Below are positions 60,707-64,000 of a DNA stretch of 64,000 nt, piece after piece; positions within the stretch are counted from its first letter, which is position 1, and each line of letters opens with the position of its first letter. Made by a program: the position numbers and the translations under genes. Source of the DNA: Somniosus microcephalus (taxonomy: Eukaryota); NCBI GenBank assembly GCA_052327205.1, contig CM126214.1:11222001-11286000 (forward strand), written 5' to 3'. Below the pieces are notes generated by a model that saw only the letters and a program-made list of their open reading frames with translations, was not told the DNA's origin and did no database searches.

Positions 60707-61548
60707 CTTTCATAACTTTTAAGCCTGTTTCTTCAACTCATAGCACGGCCTTCATGTAGGGATTTTTACTTCCTTCAGAGCTTCCTTGTAAATGCGCTTT
60801 CTTGTCTGCTTTCTTGTTCTCCCTCTTCCTCCCTGAAAACGCCAAATTTTGCCAGAGTATAGTTCCATGGACACCAGGAGCCATCCAGTCCTTCAACCAA
60901 GGCAGCGTTAGTCATGGCTATCCTGGACAGTGAATATTACAATTGAGGTGTTGCCAGAGGGGGAGCCAACGTAGATCAGCGAGCACAGAGGGTGATGGGT
61001 GAACGGGAACCTGGTGCGAGTTAGGACACGGGGCAGCAGAGCTTTGGATGAGCTCAAGTTTATGGAAGGTGGAAGACGGAAGACCGGCCAGGGGAGCCTA
61101 CGTTAAAGGTGCTAAATAAATGCAAATTGTTCTTGCTGTTGGCTTAGCACCACATCTTCCAGTGTTTTTTTGGCCATGGGGGAGCTTGCAAATAATTTCA
61201 TAGAGCGCCTCAGTGTAATGTCATTCTTTTGTCTTATTGTGGGCAAGTACCTGGGAGTGGCCTCCAGTATTTTGTAACCAGCGAAACGCGGCCCATATCT
61301 AAGAGTGCTATAGAGACCTGCTACTGAAGGATCTACTGATAACGGCAAAGAGTCTGGTGTGCCGCAAGCTTTTGGTATCTAACTGTTAAATAACATTTTA
61401 GATTATTGCTGTTTGAGCCACGTGGCAGGAAGTCCCTTCAGTCTGTATTGTGGTGCTATAGATCATTCCATTTGAGTCATATAGTCGCAGACCCCTTTTC
61501 CATGTAGGTCACAGACAGCATTCTGCTTAAATCACAAGGCCCCACAAC

Positions 61549-61723
61549 CAATGTTTTCCCGTTAAGCAGCGCAGGCCCCGCAGCGCCCCGGAGGTCCCCG
61601 CATAGGCCGCTTGCCGGCTTTACAATGGGGGAAAAAATTAGCGCCTGTGCGGAAATTTAAATGGGCCGCGCAGCCCCTTAAAGGGGCAGCGCACCCAAGA
61701 AAAAAAAGTTAAAGGGCACATTG
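61549..61723. mobile_element. hAT MITE
   Basis: CAATG...CATTG ends, perfect 8-bp TSD CCCACAAC. Confidence 0.85.
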
Positions 61724-62163
61724 CCCACAACCCTTTCCATTTAAGTCAAATGGTCCCAAACCCCATTCCATTTGATTCACTTGCTATGATGCACCACTCA
61801 TTTGAGTTAATAGCACCATTTCTGTTCAGTTTCATTACCTTCCACAGCTCTGAATCACCTCTGGCAATTGCTTTAATATATGTAAAGACAGTGCTTTATA
61901 TTTCAATTGCTCTGCAACACACCCCTAGATATTGATCATCATATATACTCAACTCAGACCTGACTGATGATGCTGATCACTTGAACCCTTGAGATTAAGC
62001 TCCACCCCCAGTGTTTCCTTCTTCCTAAAATCTTCTACGTTTTTTTTTTAAACTTAAGGTTGACATTGCCTGATTATTACTTCCTGATCTATTTTCTTCT
62101 TGTCTTTTACTCTTTTCAATCTTGGCGATATTCTATACTGTGGGCCTTTTTTTTTTAAGGTTT

Positions 62164-62523
62164 TGTGGCGGAGCCACCAAGGGTCTCAGAACAATTAGTA
62201 ATAATCCCTTTAACTACAGTGTAGTGCAGCCGCGGACTGCACCTTTAAACTGCCTGTTAACTGTACTGTATTGTATTTTCCTGCACTCCATGTGATGACG
62301 TCATGACGCAGATCACGTGACCGCCAGTGGCGCGAAGAACGCGATGACGTCATGACGTCAGCTTCCAGAATCTTCCAGCAGTCATCGAGTGCCCAGCAAG
62401 CTGATTAGACCTGTGTACCGTTTCTCCTGTAGTTTCCCTGTTAACTTCGTTGTTCATTAAAACCTGTTGATTTGATTCATCGAGTCGAATATCTTTACTC
62501 AGATAGGAACCTCCGTTCCTACA
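62164..62523 (+). mobile_element. Solo LTR family B
   Basis: TG...CA, perfect 4-bp TSD GTTT, ATTAAA at about 62456. Confidence 0.85.
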
Positions 62524-62776
62524 GTTTCCCAGTTAAAAGCCTCCTGGGTGCAATCCCGGTGCGCGGTCCTTATTAATGCCGCGTGTGATCTGTTTTTGCA
62601 ATGAAGAATTTAAACTTTAAGTGAGATGCCCTAACTGTGGCTCCGTGGGTCCATGACATTGGAATGGGAATGAGACAGTCCTTATTATAGAAGAGGAGAG
62701 TCTTAGCTCATCATGATGGGGGCTTGTGATGATACAAGGCAACTGGAGGAGAATGAGGAACAATGGAGTCACATTT

Positions 62777-63618
62777 AAGATTCAAGATTCAAGATTCAAG
62801 ATCATTTTATTGCCATATGTAACTAGTACAATGGAATGCTTACTCCCCACTCACTCCCACAATACAAGCATATAATATAAAAGCAAAAAAATAAAAACAA
62901 GTATAAATAAAAACAATAAGCAAATAAGCAAAAAGTATAGCAATAACAGTCCAAGTTGCAGGATATGATGAATAGTGCAAAAAAGCCTCAATTACCACTG
63001 GAAATAATAGTAATGTAATATGATAAATATATGGTAATATAAGTATAATATATATATTTACATAAACATATAACTATAATATATGGGGCAGTGCGATTAG
63101 CAGTTCAGTAGGCGCACTGCCTGTGGATAGAAACTGTTCTTAAACCGGCTGGTCCTGGTTCGGATGCTGCGGTACCGACGTCCGGACCGCAGGAGGGAGA
63201 ACAGTTTGTGCCCAGGGTGATTGGGGTCCTGGATGATGGAGCGGGCCTTGTTCCGGCACCTGGTCTGGAAGATCTCCTCGATGGACGGAAGTGTGCACCC
63301 GATGATCTTTTCTGCCGTATTCACAACTCTCTGGATGGCTTTCTTGTTCTGTGCAGTGGTGTTACCATACCACACATTGACACCACCCGTCAGGACGATC
63401 TCTATGGTGCCGCGGTAAAAGTTCACAAGCCACTGTGTGCTTATGCCGCATTTCCTCAGGCACCGTAGAGGGTAAAGGCGCTGGTGTGCCTTCTTCAGCA
63501 TAGCCTCAGTATTATGGTTCCAGGCCAGGTCATCAGAGATCTGCAGTCCCAGGAATCGGAAGCAACTGACGACTTCCACTGGTGTCCCATCTATGCTGAT
63601 GGGGCGATGGTTCCCTGC
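62777..63618 (-). mobile_element. Rex1/Babar-type LINE 3' end
   Basis: ORF 63097-63579 VSCFRFLGLQISDDLAW...KKAHQRLY...HPGHKLFSLLRSGRRYRSIRTRTSRFKNSFYPQAVRLLN; (aagattc)n tail. Confidence 0.88.
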
Positions 63619-63785
63619 GTTATATTATTCTTGTATGTATTTGGTTAATGTTAAGGAAAGGTTTGTTGTTGCCAGTGTTCTGTGTTAGCCTTAAACTGAA
63701 TCTCTCTGCTTTTACATTTTGCAAGATCGCAAGGTAAATGCAGATGAGCAAGGCCATTCAGTCCATCCAGATAAACCTACATGAT

Positions 63786-64000
63786 AGCAAAATACTGCGG
63801 ATGCTGGAAATCCGAAATAACAACAGAAAATGCTGGAAAAACTCAGCAGGTCAGGGCAACATCCGTGGAGAGAGACACAGAGTCAACGTTTCAGGTCGAA
63901 GACCCTTCGTCAGAACTGGAAAAAAGCAGGAAATGGAACAGGTTTAGGGGCTGGGAAAAGGGGGAGGGGATGAAAGAACAAAAGGGAAGGTCAGTGATAG
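63786..64000 (-). mobile_element. Penelope-like terminal fragment with hammerhead-like core
   Basis: Minus strand agttCTGACGAagggtcttcgacctGAAACGTTgact. Confidence 0.75.

Overview
Repeat-saturated vertebrate non-coding DNA, most likely from a shark or other cartilaginous fish. This is inferred from HE1-type V-SINEs, HER1/CR1 LINEs and SacSINE1-type Deu-SINEs, all recognised from memory rather than by search. No host protein-coding exon is recognisable, so the window looks like a large intron or gene desert. The main features are: (1) a full-length but disabled Ty3/Gypsy retrotransposon (29817-34917) nested in a Harbinger-derived element whose uninterrupted relative lies at 2182-3021; (2) a 5'-truncated CR1 LINE with an open RT frame (41882-43717); (3) a Harbinger deletion derivative (11425-12788); (4) two solo-LTR families, with 7 copies carrying 5-bp TSDs and 2 copies carrying 4-bp TSDs; (5) Penelope-like ends with a minimal hammerhead-ribozyme-like core; (6) about 20 Deu-SINE copies, 4 V-SINEs, LF-SINE-like relics, L2 and Rex1 fragments, and hAT/Tigger/Harbinger MITEs; (7) a gapped ~4 kb GT-derived satellite. 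Almost all listed ORFs are repeat artefacts. Boundaries of degenerate repeats are approximate. I found no convincing wholly new biological system.
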